Virus record (IMG/VR): IMGVR_UViG_3300049988_000286
Coordinates: 64,001-128,000 of that record
Reading direction: 5' to 3' (one strand)
DNA length: 64,000 nucleotides
From: a virus
Taxonomy: Duplodnaviria > Caudoviricetes
In this document: piece after piece, positions 1-8,156 of the stretch
Layout of the letters: each line of letters opens with the position of its first letter
How positions within the stretch are numbered: the stretch's first letter is position 1
The notes under the pieces: generated by a model
Database searches by the model: none
Seen by the model: the letters and a program-made list of their open reading frames with translations, nothing else
What the model was told of the DNA's origin: nothing
Position numbers and translations under genes: made by a program

Positions 1-162
1 GCCATTGCATCGCTGGCGCGTAATCTCTGGGCGTGTAGGCGGACTCTCGCTCGATATGCCAGCGTATCGCGGCCATCAGATCATTGATCGCGTCCGCTGC
101 GGGATGTTCCAAAGCGGTGTGGATATCGTCGCACAGCGTAAGATCGATGATCGACAGATCGC

Positions 163-987
163 TCACAAGGTGATCAACTCGTGGGGCTGGAAGGGTGTGT
201 AGCGCTGCTTGGGTTGCCCCTCCCCCAGACGAGAGCGCTCATATTTGTCAAACTCACACATGACGTTCTGCATGTCCTGCGCGTGGAAGGGCTCCGACAC
301 CGAGTCATTCACCGCCTCACGAAGCTGGGTCAAGCACGCGTGCCACTCCGGCTCACGCCACGAAGCCTCTACGGGACGATTGAACACTCGATTGAGCCCT
401 CGACGGCTACCCGGTCCAGAACCCGCCCACGTCCACCAGTCGCTCGCCCCGGCGAGCACGGGTGTGTACTTCATATCGGCGACGACTTGCGCGGTAGTGA
501 AGCTTCCCGCCCCATAGCTGGCGTGTAGGCGTGAAAAAAATGCCGCGAGGGTGTCGCCCTCACGCGGTGCGATCTCTTCTCTACGCTCCCACATGGGCGT
601 GAGGAGACGCTGATCAAGGAAGTCGGCTTTGTTGCCGCGCCAATTCGGCGTCGCGATCATGTAGGCGGGATTGTAGAGTTTCTCCCCCGCCGACGCGCGC
701 GTCTTCATCAAGGTAACGAAACGCTCGCGATCCCACGGCACCGGGTAGCCCAAGGCTTCCATGGTGGGGATGTGGTTGGTTGCCATCCTCGCAACCGCCA
801 TCGCGAACCAGAGATGGGGATCATCTGCGTGCGGGTTGCGCCAATGATCCGCGATCCAGCGCGTTACCCGATCGTCCTCGCGGCGCATGTTGCAAAATCG
901 GTATTGGCGAATGATCGGGTCAGTGGCCACGCCGGTGCGGGCTAGTTCTCGGGCGGCGATGAAGGCAAGGACATCAAGGGTTCTCAT
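163..987 (-). CDS. aGPT-Pplase / 5-hmdU DNA kinase helical-domain family protein (thymine hypermodification)
   Basis: Motifs YRFCNMRREDDRVTRWI, GSFTTAQVVADM, GPGSRRGLNR and QNVMCEFDKYER, typical of the HhH-like aGPT-Pplase family. Confidence 0.75.
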   Translation of the reverse strand: MRTLDVLAFIAARELARTGVATDPIIRQYRFCNMRREDDRVTRWIADHWRNPHADDPHLWFAMAVARMATNHIPTMEALGYPVPWDRERFVTLMKTRASAGEKLYNPAYMIATPNWRGNKADFLDQRLLTPMWERREEIAPREGDTLAAFFSRLHASYGAGSFTTAQVVADMKYTPVLAGASDWWTWAGSGPGSRRGLNRVFNRPVEASWREPEWHACLTQLREAVNDSVSEPFHAQDMQNVMCEFDKYERSRLGEGQPKQRYTPFQPHELITL

Positions 988-1195
988 CCCCGGATATTAG
1001 CGTGATGGCCCCCGCTCCGCGATATTCATCACTCGCCCTTGAGCATCCCGATCAACTCGGGCCGTGTGAAGTTTCGTCCCTTGAACGCGAGCAGTTTCCC
1101 GATCTCGCGGGCGATGCCTACCTGAATGCCGTTCACCACCACTTTGAACTCGGTCGTGGGACCAGTCCTTGACCGCCGGACCAAGCGAACGCTCA

Positions 1196-1567
1196 TCATC
1201 GTTGCACGCTATTGCGACGATCTTCGACCAGCGCCAATGCTTGGCCGACCTCGGGTGTCACACCGTGCGCGATCAGCGACTGAATGCCACGAGAGACCAC
1301 GCCGTTGGGCGGACCATCAAGGGCCAGTCCGCCCCACTCGCACGCCATCGCGAGCGCGGTACGGAGACAATCGATCTCCGTCATCGTCTCGCCCTCTGCG
1401 CCCAGCACGTTGTCGTTGATCATCTGATGGATCGCCATCGAGGCAGCGCGCGTCTCCAACTCGATGCCGAGTTCCTCCATTGGGGAGGGATGGAGACGCG
1501 CATTGATCCGGATGCGCATGGAGTCGAGATGCTGCTGAATGGCCCGTAGTGTGGCGGGCTGGCTCAC
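1196..1567 (-). CDS. hypothetical protein
   Basis: ORF with ATGA overlap to upstream gene. Confidence 0.6.
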   Translation of the reverse strand: MSQPATLRAIQQHLDSMRIRINARLHPSPMEELGIELETRAASMAIHQMINDNVLGAEGETMTEIDCLRTALAMACEWGGLALDGPPNGVVSRGIQSLIAHGVTPEVGQALALVEDRRNSVQR

Positions 1568-1932
1568 GCCTCGTCTTCTTGCAGCGCCCGCAGCACGTCG
1601 GCGAGATCGCGCTCGTAAGTGTCCTCGACCTGCACGCGCGAGCCATAGGCAAGCGGCGAGCGATTGCCATCCGGGTCGAGGTAGAAGAGAGCGGTGGCAC
1701 GGAATGAGAGTGGCTGACTGTCCTCCTCGTCATCACCGAAACGCTCCGTGATGATATGGTCGCGCAGTGACGCGGCATTCCACGGCCGATCGCCATCGAG
1801 CACCGGCATGGTGATCTGACCGATGTTGCGTGCCGTGTCCCCAGCGTGCATGAGCACCTCGTCGATCTCGACGATGATACTTCCCTCGCGCTTCTGTGCG
1901 AGCAACTCGAAGTCAATGTCAGTCTTCATCAT
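1564..1932 (-). CDS. hypothetical protein
   Basis: Start MMKTDIDF after GAGGAG RBS. Confidence 0.65.
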   Translation of the reverse strand: MMKTDIDFELLAQKREGSIIVEIDEVLMHAGDTARNIGQITMPVLDGDRPWNAASLRDHIITERFGDDEEDSQPLSFRATALFYLDPDGNRSPLAYGSRVQVEDTYERDLADVLRALQEDEA

Positions 1933-1987
1933 TGGTGTTCTCCTCACCCCGGCGATATACGAACTTTCGCGAGGGGTCAAGGACGAA

Positions 1988-2386
1988 CTATGGCCACTCC
2001 GTGAGATCAACGTAGAGGACAGGATTGTTGGTCAGGATCGCGGCGATGATGTGGTGGTTACCGTCGATGATGTCGATGCCGTCAAGGACGACGATGCGCT
2101 CGCGATCATAGGCCTTGGCCTTCTTTGCCACGATGGCCTTTTGCGCCTTGGAGGCATCTCGCTGATACGCGTCCCAGAGTGTCAGATCGCCCCGGCGTGC
2201 CATGACACGCTCCTTTGCCTCCTCGGCAGTCATCGTCTCGACGGTAAGGGGATCGTCCCAATTCATCGGCGGACACGCGTGCGCGAGAGCCTCGCGCTCG
2301 TCCATCAATTCGTCAGAGTCATAGAGGTCGGTGATGAGCACCGTCTCGCCCACCGCATGTTCGATCAGGTTGATGAGGTAGCGCAT
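1988..2386 (-). CDS. ParB/Srx-like domain protein with MRxxIxLxE leader
   Basis: N-terminus MRYLINLIE; C-terminal IIDGNHHIIAA resembles the ParB-N DGHHR motif. Confidence 0.65.
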   Translation of the reverse strand: MRYLINLIEHAVGETVLITDLYDSDELMDEREALAHACPPMNWDDPLTVETMTAEEAKERVMARRGDLTLWDAYQRDASKAQKAIVAKKAKAYDRERIVVLDGIDIIDGNHHIIAAILTNNPVLYVDLTEWP

Positions 2387-2913
2387 CATGCCCTCCGCAT
2401 TGTCGTGTCGAAGGGTTGCGCCACTGAGGTGTCATCGACATCGAAATCGGGGAGGAGATCGACTCGCTTGACCATCACCGATGCGCCGGGATTGACCTTG
2501 ATCTCGTGCTCCCACGGCACTGCGAGGTTCTGCAAGATCGTGCGCGGCATATCGATATCGTGGGGATCGATGGTAGCGGTCAGGCGGTAGAGGCCGCAAT
2601 CCTCTCCCGCCGTGTCCCAGCCCGTCAGCGCATGAAGATTGATATTCAGATCGTGGCACCAGAACGTGCCGAGCGGGCCGGACAGGTACTTGGAAAGCTG
2701 GTTGGGGCGGAGGAGGACGTAGCGGTAGATGATCGGCGTCTGCATCTTGGTGTCGATCATGGCTTTCATCGCCGCTACATGCTCGTCGGTGATCTCGAAA
2801 TCGTTGCCATCTTCGTCATAACCGTGTCCCGCCGCCGCGTCGGTGTCGTGGGGGACCATCTTCTTCACCGCGTCGGCGAGACTATCCTCGAACAAATCAA
2901 TCCATTGTCGCAT
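2386..2913 (-). CDS. ADP-ribosyltransferase-like protein with MRxxIxLxE leader
   Basis: MRQWIDLFE; IYRYV...GTFWCHD...WEHEI resembles the R-S/T-ExE ART scaffold; TAAATA 4 nt upstream. Confidence 0.5.
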   Translation of the reverse strand: MRQWIDLFEDSLADAVKKMVPHDTDAAAGHGYDEDGNDFEITDEHVAAMKAMIDTKMQTPIIYRYVLLRPNQLSKYLSGPLGTFWCHDLNINLHALTGWDTAGEDCGLYRLTATIDPHDIDMPRTILQNLAVPWEHEIKVNPGASVMVKRVDLLPDFDVDDTSVAQPFDTTMRRA

Positions 2914-2917
2914 CAAC

Positions 2918-2923
2918 TATTTA
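2918..2923 (-). promoter_or_regulatory. TAAATA late-promoter motif
   Basis: TAAATA-N4-ATG. Confidence 0.7.
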
Positions 2924-3115
2924 GGGACGATCCATCTGCCCCTCGCGGAATACGACAACGGAGAAGAGGATCGCGGGAACCCACGTCCAAAATGAATTCT
3001 CTGCCACGCCCCAGCGCACGAGAGACTTGCTCATCATGTTCGCGAGGAAGCTATAGAGGAGGGCGTTGGCGAGAACGTGACCGAACGGCCCCCACGCGAC
3101 GATGCGGGCGATCAC
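2921..3115 (-). CDS. small membrane protein
   Basis: Two hydrophobic stretches; ATGA overlap. Confidence 0.6.
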   Translation of the reverse strand: MIARIVAWGPFGHVLANALLYSFLANMMSKSLVRWGVAENSFWTWVPAILFSVVVFREGQMDRP

Positions 3116-3333
3116 TTCTGCTCACCCACCACGATGGCGACAGGCCCCATGAACTCGCCCTTCGCGTTCACCACCGCGACATAATCGCGATCCTTGAACG
3201 AGATGGTCTTGAGCCCTTCCTTCGCACGACTGACGCGCTCGATGACATCTTCCTCGATAGTCACCGTACCCACGCCGTCCTCGGGCTCGCTGCTGTGCAG
3301 GGTGCGCACTGACGCACCAACGATGTAGCGCAT
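3112..3333 (-). CDS. hypothetical protein
   Basis: MRYIVGAS start overlapping the upstream stop (TGATG). Confidence 0.6.
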   Translation of the reverse strand: MRYIVGASVRTLHSSEPEDGVGTVTIEEDVIERVSRAKEGLKTISFKDRDYVAVVNAKGEFMGPVAIVVGEQK

Positions 3334-3677
3334 CACTCGTCCCCCAGATGCGAGATCGTTCGCGAGGCGAAATAGGCCGCTTCCTCGGCGACGGGGACGA
3401 CCACCGCTTCCGGGTAGTAGCGCTGGAGCATGATCTCGCGTGGGTTGGTCATCGCCGGGAATTCCGTCGCGAGTGCCCGCCACGCCTCGGTGGCCTCGAT
3501 CGCCGCGTAGCTCTCCTCCAAGGACATGGAGTGGCGCACCATCACGGGTTCGCGTGCCTTGTCGAGCAGCGCGTTGATACGGTCGACGTGGATGTCTGCC
3601 GCCGCATCGGTGAGGCTGTGAAGGAGGACGAGCGACTTGGTTTCGCCGTCGTCGAAGTCATAGACGATCTTGTTCAC
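3333..3677 (-). CDS. hypothetical protein
   Basis: GTG start after AAGGAG. Confidence 0.6.
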   Translation of the reverse strand: MNKIVYDFDDGETKSLVLLHSLTDAAADIHVDRINALLDKAREPVMVRHSMSLEESYAAIEATEAWRALATEFPAMTNPREIMLQRYYPEAVVVPVAEEAAYFASRTISHLGDE

Positions 3678-3720
3678 GATAATCTCCTTGTGCGCCCTTT
3701 GCACTAAAGGCAGAGTTCGG

Positions 3721-3876
3721 TCAAGGATTGTTTTCTTCGATGCGCTTTCGTTCCAGATAAGCGCGTGCCGCCTTTGCGGAAGCGGATTGATCGGGACCAG
3801 CCCGTGCCCGCATTGCGGCAAGCTGTTCGTCCCAGTATCGGGAACGCTCTGCATCGGTGGTCCACCGGCGGCTCAT
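3721..3876 (-). CDS. hypothetical protein
   Basis: MSRRWTT start overlapping the upstream TGA. Confidence 0.5.
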   Translation of the reverse strand: MSRRWTTDAERSRYWDEQLAAMRARAGPDQSASAKAARAYLERKRIEENNP

Positions 3877-4130
3877 CAGTAGAACCACACCCGATGGAGT
3901 GCGAGTTGCTCCTCCCAATCGCGGTTGAGATCGTAGACCTCTTGCACTCGCTGCATTGAGTGGGTGGCGTGGTACACTTCGACTTCTCTGCGCAACACCT
4001 CACCACCCTCCCGACGATAGACGGGATAGTCGCTGTAGTCGAAGCGGTCGCAGACCACCATCATATGGGTGAAACCATCTGCGGCTCCGTCTTCGAGCCA
4101 CTGCCGGATCATGTGTTGAGTAGCAGCCAT
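3876..4130 (-). CDS. conserved phage hypothetical protein
   Basis: THMMVVCDRFDYSDYPVY-type sequence recalled from phage genomes. Confidence 0.65.
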   Translation of the reverse strand: MAATQHMIRQWLEDGAADGFTHMMVVCDRFDYSDYPVYRREGGEVLRREVEVYHATHSMQRVQEVYDLNRDWEEQLALHRVWFY

Positions 4131-4171
4131 GAGGCTTGGTGATGGTTGCGGGGGATGGTGTCAAGATTTGT

Positions 4172-4259
4172 TGGTTCTCCCCCGAGGACTCGAACCTCCA
4201 TCCCTTACGAGAGCCCACGATTCAGAGCCGTGTCGCCTTACCAGTTAGCGGAGGGGAGA
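4172..4259 (-). tRNA. tRNA-Gln(CUG) with long variable arm
   Basis: Acceptor TCTCCCC/GGGGAGA, anticodon stem CACGG/TCGTG with loop CT-CTG-AA, T-loop TTCGAGT, encoded CCA, 16-nt variable region. Confidence 0.85.
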
Positions 4260-4268
4260 ATATGTGAT

Positions 4269-4342
4269 TGGATCGGGCGACAGGGATCGAACCTGTATTG
4301 TGAAGGCCAAAACTTCATGTCCTGCCATTAGACGACGCCCGA
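4269..4342 (-). tRNA. tRNA-Gln(UUG)
   Basis: Acceptor TCGGGCG/CGCCCGA (U1-A72), stem TGAAG/CTTCA with loop TT-TTG-GC, T-arm ACAGG-TTCGATC-CCTGT, CCA. Confidence 0.92.
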
Positions 4343-4477
4343 GCACAGGCGTCCGCGCGGACGCCGCTTCAGCGTTGCTGTCGTTGGGCCTCGAAGGGCA
4401 GCAGGGCGTGTGAATTGGTCACGAGTTATTTATCTCACAGTGTGCGCGGCGTTGTCAACAATCTTTTTCAACCACGA

Positions 4478-4483
4478 TAAATA
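4478..4483 (+). promoter_or_regulatory. TAAATA late-promoter motif
   Basis: TAAATA-N5-ATG. Confidence 0.7.
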
Positions 4484-4488
4484 TCGCC

Positions 4489-4920
4489 ATGCGCGATCTC
4501 ATCAACCTATTCGAAGACCAGCAGTGGCCAGCCACCATCTCGGGTGACGATCTCGCCCTGCATGTGCAAGAATTGCATCACACTCCCGAGGATTTCATCG
4601 ACGGTGACATCGAGAACAACATCGCTTCGTTTGGGGTCTATAACTTGCGCACTATTCCAATCACGGACATACGGCGCGGTATGTACACGATCTACGACGA
4701 TCTCGTGGGCGAGTATGCGGCAGTGACCACCCAAGCACCACCCGTGATCGTTGATCCCAGTCATGGATTGGTCATCGATGGTAATCATCGTGTCGAAGCA
4801 GCGGTGGCGAGAGGCGAGACGGAAATTCTCGCCTACGTGGGTGACCCAGAGACCTACTCCTACATCAGCAACGATGAGGATGAGGATGAGGATGACGAGT
4901 ACCGACCGAAGGGCTGGTAA
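4489..4920 (+). CDS. ParB/Srx-like domain protein with MRxxIxLxE leader
   Basis: MRDLINLFE; PPVIVD...VIDGNHRVEAA; acidic tail. Confidence 0.75.
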   Translation: MRDLINLFEDQQWPATISGDDLALHVQELHHTPEDFIDGDIENNIASFGVYNLRTIPITDIRRGMYTIYDDLVGEYAAVTTQAPPVIVDPSHGLVIDGNHRVEAAVARGETEILAYVGDPETYSYISNDEDEDEDDEYRPKGW

Positions 4921-4922
4921 GG

Positions 4923-5057
4923 TTAAGGACGATACCCCTCAAGATAGGGACCACGACAACCGCTCACCCGCTTCATGAACGAGATGCACTCCTCCCATGT
5001 GCCGATGAAAAACACGCGATCGTCGCGGACCGATCCCAGCACCTGATACCGCTGCAT
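4923..5057 (-). CDS. small hypothetical protein (below ORF-track cutoff)
   Basis: 44 aa, in a chain of TGATG-overlapping minus-strand genes. Confidence 0.45.
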   Translation of the reverse strand: MQRYQVLGSVRDDRVFFIGTWEECISFMKRVSGCRGPYLEGYRP

Positions 5058-5197
5058 CAGAAATCGCCCCAATTGTCGTCTTTGCGTTTCTCGACCTTCT
5101 TGGGCTTCTTCGCCTTACATACATCGGTGTCGTAGACGTTCTGTCCACATGCGAGACAGACTTCGGTATATTGTTGGATGGGTCCAAGATGGGCCAT
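5057..5197 (-). CDS. small Cys-containing protein
   Basis: CLACG...C; TGATG overlaps. Confidence 0.5.
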   Translation of the reverse strand: MAHLGPIQQYTEVCLACGQNVYDTDVCKAKKPKKVEKRKDDNWGDF

Positions 5198-5397
5198 CAG
5201 GCGCTCCGCCGTTCGAAGAGACAGCACACCACGATGCCGCCCATGTAGCCGGTATTGGCGATCGAGACGTTGACAAGTTCCACCGGCGATCGACCTAGCG
5301 AGTCGCTGTGACCTGCCGTCACCTCTGCGCAAAGCTTCTCCACCACGGTATCGATTTCACCCGGTGTACACGACTTGGAGCGTGTGAAGCGGTTCAT
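5197..5397 (-). CDS. hypothetical protein
   Basis: TGATG overlap. Confidence 0.5.
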   Translation of the reverse strand: MNRFTRSKSCTPGEIDTVVEKLCAEVTAGHSDSLGRSPVELVNVSIANTGYMGGIVVCCLFERRSA

Positions 5398-5651
5398 CAC
5401 GCAAACCTCAACTTGAACAATTCGGCATCTTCGAGGGTCCGGAAGGCGAAAACCCATTCATATCCAGAGAAGACATCGGGATCGGGTGCTCCCCAATCGT
5501 CACCGAAGGTTTCATGGAGCCAACCCATCACCTCATCCTGCCGGTCGAGCCAATGCTCGCTCACGGCATTGAAGGCGATTGTCCGCGCATCGATGGTGAC
5601 TTCCCAAGGATGGTCGTTACGCGCGATTGTGATCGGAAGGCCTAAAGACAT
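5397..5651 (-). CDS. DAxLF small-protein family member
   Basis: WLHETFG...FRTLEDAELFKLRF. Confidence 0.7.
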   Translation of the reverse strand: MSLGLPITIARNDHPWEVTIDARTIAFNAVSEHWLDRQDEVMGWLHETFGDDWGAPDPDVFSGYEWVFAFRTLEDAELFKLRFA

Positions 5652-5678
5652 GGAGGCGTGCTACCACCCCCATATCAG

Positions 5679-5963
5679 TTAGGCAATTTCTTCCCGCAGG
5701 AGTCGATCGAGATAGTTCTGGAAGCTATCGGCGAGGACGCTCCAGACCCAGTAGTGCTCTCCCAGCCGAGCATCGCTCGCCCCCATGGTGGCACGCATCT
5801 GCGTCTCGCGCTCGTAGTTGTGCCCCTCCTCGTTGTCGTAATTGCCGTGATAGGCGGTCTCGCGATGAACCCCGTAGGCCTTGACGAGATCGCGCGGCTT
5901 GATCTTCATCACGCCATAGTAGGTGTTCTGCTTGAGATAGCGCTTTGCGAGGTCGAGATACAT
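5679..5963 (-). CDS. hypothetical protein
   Basis: MYLDLAKR start just after the upstream stop. Confidence 0.6.
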   Translation of the reverse strand: MYLDLAKRYLKQNTYYGVMKIKPRDLVKAYGVHRETAYHGNYDNEEGHNYERETQMRATMGASDARLGEHYWVWSVLADSFQNYLDRLLREEIA

Positions 5964-5964
5964 A

Positions 5965-6153
5965 TCACTGCGCCCACTGGCGCGCGAGCGAGTCGCGCTG
6001 CTGCCGAAGGTGGAAGAGGAAGTTGCTCGCCTCCACTTCACCAGCATCCAAGCGGGCGAGACCCTCGAAGACGAAGCGCAGCGTTTCCGCCGCATCCTTG
6101 ATCTGGCGGATGGTGAGGGTCTCGGGATTGAACGGGATCGGGTTGGTGGCCAT
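5965..6153 (-). CDS. hypothetical protein
   Basis: ATG after AAAGGAAG. Confidence 0.6.
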   Translation of the reverse strand: MATNPIPFNPETLTIRQIKDAAETLRFVFEGLARLDAGEVEASNFLFHLRQQRDSLARQWAQ

Positions 6154-6210
6154 CAGGGCTTCCTTTCGCCCCAGACCTACACCGAACTACTCTACTCGTC
6201 AAATCAATAT

Positions 6211-6339
6211 TGTCGCGAACCGGACTCGACACCGGCTGTTCGGTTTCGTCTTACTCAACCCTCGCGGGTTGGTCGGGGATCGAACCCGTTACAAACCTAC
6301 CAACTGACGTACGGGCGTGTCCTTCCACGCTGCCGCGAC
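6211..6339 (-). ncRNA. 129-nt tRNA-like RNA with expanded core and two T-arm-like hairpins
   Basis: Acceptor GTCGCGG/TCGCGAC, D-like GCGTG-GAAGGA-CACGC, terminal GCCGG-TGTCGAGT-CCGGT, internal CGGG-TTCGATC-CCCG; no encoded CCA. Confidence 0.6.
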
Positions 6340-6345
6340 GCCCTC

Positions 6346-6374
6346 GTAGTAGCGCTATGCGATATTGTCGTCAA
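6346..6374 (-). promoter_or_regulatory. sigma70-like promoter for the tRNA-like RNA
   Basis: TTGACG-N17-TACTAC; predicted +1 near 6339. Confidence 0.6.
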
Positions 6375-6399
6375 CGGTTTATTGCTCTACTTCGATGGG

Positions 6400-6627
6400 A
6401 TGAACCGAACGCCTTTCCGTATCGAGACGCAAGAACTGACCCGTTGGTCGGGCGAGCGGCTTGAGTTGAAAGAACCCTATGGCTCTTGGTGCAGGGACAA
6501 CATTGGCGGCATAGGGTTCGAGATTTGGTTCTGTCACGATTGGAACCGGCTCCGCACAACCCTTTATCTCGCCTCCGAGGAAGACCTGACCCTGTTCCGA
6601 ATTCGCTTTCCCGAGGTTGCAGAATGA
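6400..6627 (+). CDS. DAxLF family member
   Basis: WCRDNIG...LASEEDLTLFRIRF. Confidence 0.7.
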   Translation: MNRTPFRIETQELTRWSGERLELKEPYGSWCRDNIGGIGFEIWFCHDWNRLRTTLYLASEEDLTLFRIRFPEVAE

Positions 6628-6893
6628 TCATCCCTTATAGTGAGGCAACGCTGATCCTCTTCCAGTTCACGAAAGAAAAATCGGGCTTCTACGCGTTCGC
6701 GCTCGCGAGCAAAGCGAAGGAGTGGTGTAAAGCTTCACTGGGCTATGAGCCCGATTTGTCAGAATGCGACGCGGATGACGGGGGTTGCATCACCTTTCGT
6801 GATCAGCATGACGCCGACCTTTTCCGCTTCGCTTTCGCGGAGCACATCATCAGGGTTGAAGATAGTTCGCCGATGTGCGAAGACGAGGAATGA
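6624..6893 (+). CDS. DAxLF family member
   Basis: WCKASLG...FRDQHDADLFRFAF. Confidence 0.7.
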   Translation: MIIPYSEATLILFQFTKEKSGFYAFALASKAKEWCKASLGYEPDLSECDADDGGCITFRDQHDADLFRFAFAEHIIRVEDSSPMCEDEE

Positions 6894-7126
6894 CCCACGG
6901 CCTCGACTGCACGCGATCCGCCTTCGTGGTGCATCTCTTCCACTCCATCGACGATCCCGTCCCCGCCGTGGTGCCCCGCTCCGGTCTCGCGGAGTGGGCG
7001 ATGGAGCAATTTGGCTACATCCCCACGGGCGAGGTGATCCAAGGTCGCCCGCACCTCATCTTCCGTTTCGCCGAAGACGCGACGCTGTTCCGCCTTCATT
7101 TCGCACACCTCTGGGGACGAGAGTGA
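6890..7126 (+). CDS. DAxLF family member
   Basis: WAMEQFG...FRFAEDATLFRLHF. Confidence 0.7.
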   Translation: MTHGLDCTRSAFVVHLFHSIDDPVPAVVPRSGLAEWAMEQFGYIPTGEVIQGRPHLIFRFAEDATLFRLHFAHLWGRE

Positions 7127-7404
7127 TCAGGATCGAGTTCAACTTCGTGCGTGGCCTCACTGGCTATCGCAGCGACCGCGATAGTCCATGGGGGTTGCTC
7201 CACTCGGTGGAGGATTGGTGCCAAGAGGTGCTCGGCTATCTACCGCAACTCTCCCGCAGTCAGGAGAACAATACGGCAGACGGTCGCTCACTCTCCTACT
7301 ATCTCTCGTGCTCGTTCCACGACGAGACCGATGCATGGTTGTTCTACCTCAACTACCGCGCGAATTTCATGCAAGCGCTCCACTTCGAGACCGAATACGC
7401 TTGA
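7123..7404 (+). CDS. DAxLF family member
   Basis: WCQEVLG...FHDETDAWLFYLNY. Confidence 0.7.
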   Translation: MIRIEFNFVRGLTGYRSDRDSPWGLLHSVEDWCQEVLGYLPQLSRSQENNTADGRSLSYYLSCSFHDETDAWLFYLNYRANFMQALHFETEYA

Positions 7405-7436
7405 TCAATTGAGTAGTTCGGTGTAGAGGGCGAATC

Positions 7437-8156
7437 ATGTCTCGCTTCTACAGCCCTTGGGAAATTGAACGACTTGGCGAAGCCATCGGCAATTGGTCGA
7501 TTGGCAACACGTCGCTCTACGATCGCATCGACGCCCTTGAGAAGGCGCGGGATGATTCGAGTGAGTATGACGATCGCCTGTTCACGATCGGGCGTCCGTT
7601 CCGCGATGGCGGCGAATACATGTACGAGGTAGTGGCCACCCCGCTGTTCGATTACATGCTGGAGGGAGCGGGCTTCGACATCTGGTGGGATTGTCAGCGG
7701 ATGGACTATTCCCTCAATGCGACGCTGAAGGACGGGGAGCGGGCACTGGAACGCCTGATGATCCGGGACGCAACGGCGCGCAAGATGGAGGAAAACATCA
7801 CCGAGTGGCGCATCTATTGGCCCAAGAGCAAACGCGTCGTCGAATTCCAGCAGCGCTTCTCTGCGTGGCTGGAAGCGCTTGTTCCCACGCCTCTGACTGG
7901 GCTAGGCGCGGCTGGTACCTTCTGCACAAAGGAGCACGCGCTCTCCGTTCTTCGCGGGGAGACGAACACGATCATCGAAGCACCGGAGTGCAGTGAGTTC
8001 CAGCGTGAACAACTCCTCTCGCTGCTATCACAATACGGGGGCTATTGGCCCAATGATGCTGCGCTTGATGACATGCACACCTGCATGACCCTCGACATGA
8101 TCGAGCGCGAACGCGTCCATGATCGCGGGCGAGTCTCTTATAGGAAAGTCCTCTGA
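7437..8156 (+). CDS. hypothetical protein
   Basis: 239-aa ORF with RBS; TGATG overlap to next gene. Confidence 0.7.
   Translation: MSRFYSPWEIERLGEAIGNWSIGNTSLYDRIDALEKARDDSSEYDDRLFTIGRPFRDGGEYMYEVVATPLFDYMLEGAGFDIWWDCQRMDYSLNATLKDGERALERLMIRDATARKMEENITEWRIYWPKSKRVVEFQQRFSAWLEALVPTPLTGLGAAGTFCTKEHALSVLRGETNTIIEAPECSEFQREQLLSLLSQYGGYWPNDAALDDMHTCMTLDMIERERVHDRGRVSYRKVL

Noticed and set aside
4870-4900. GATGAG short tandem repeat and Gly-codon runs at 45680-45780
   Set aside because: Simply encode acidic or Gly-rich low-complexity tails.
6262-6343. Ordinary tRNA using the internal TTCGATC hairpin as its T-arm
   Set aside because: The acceptor stem would pair only 3 of 7; the 129-nt fold gives a full acceptor stem.
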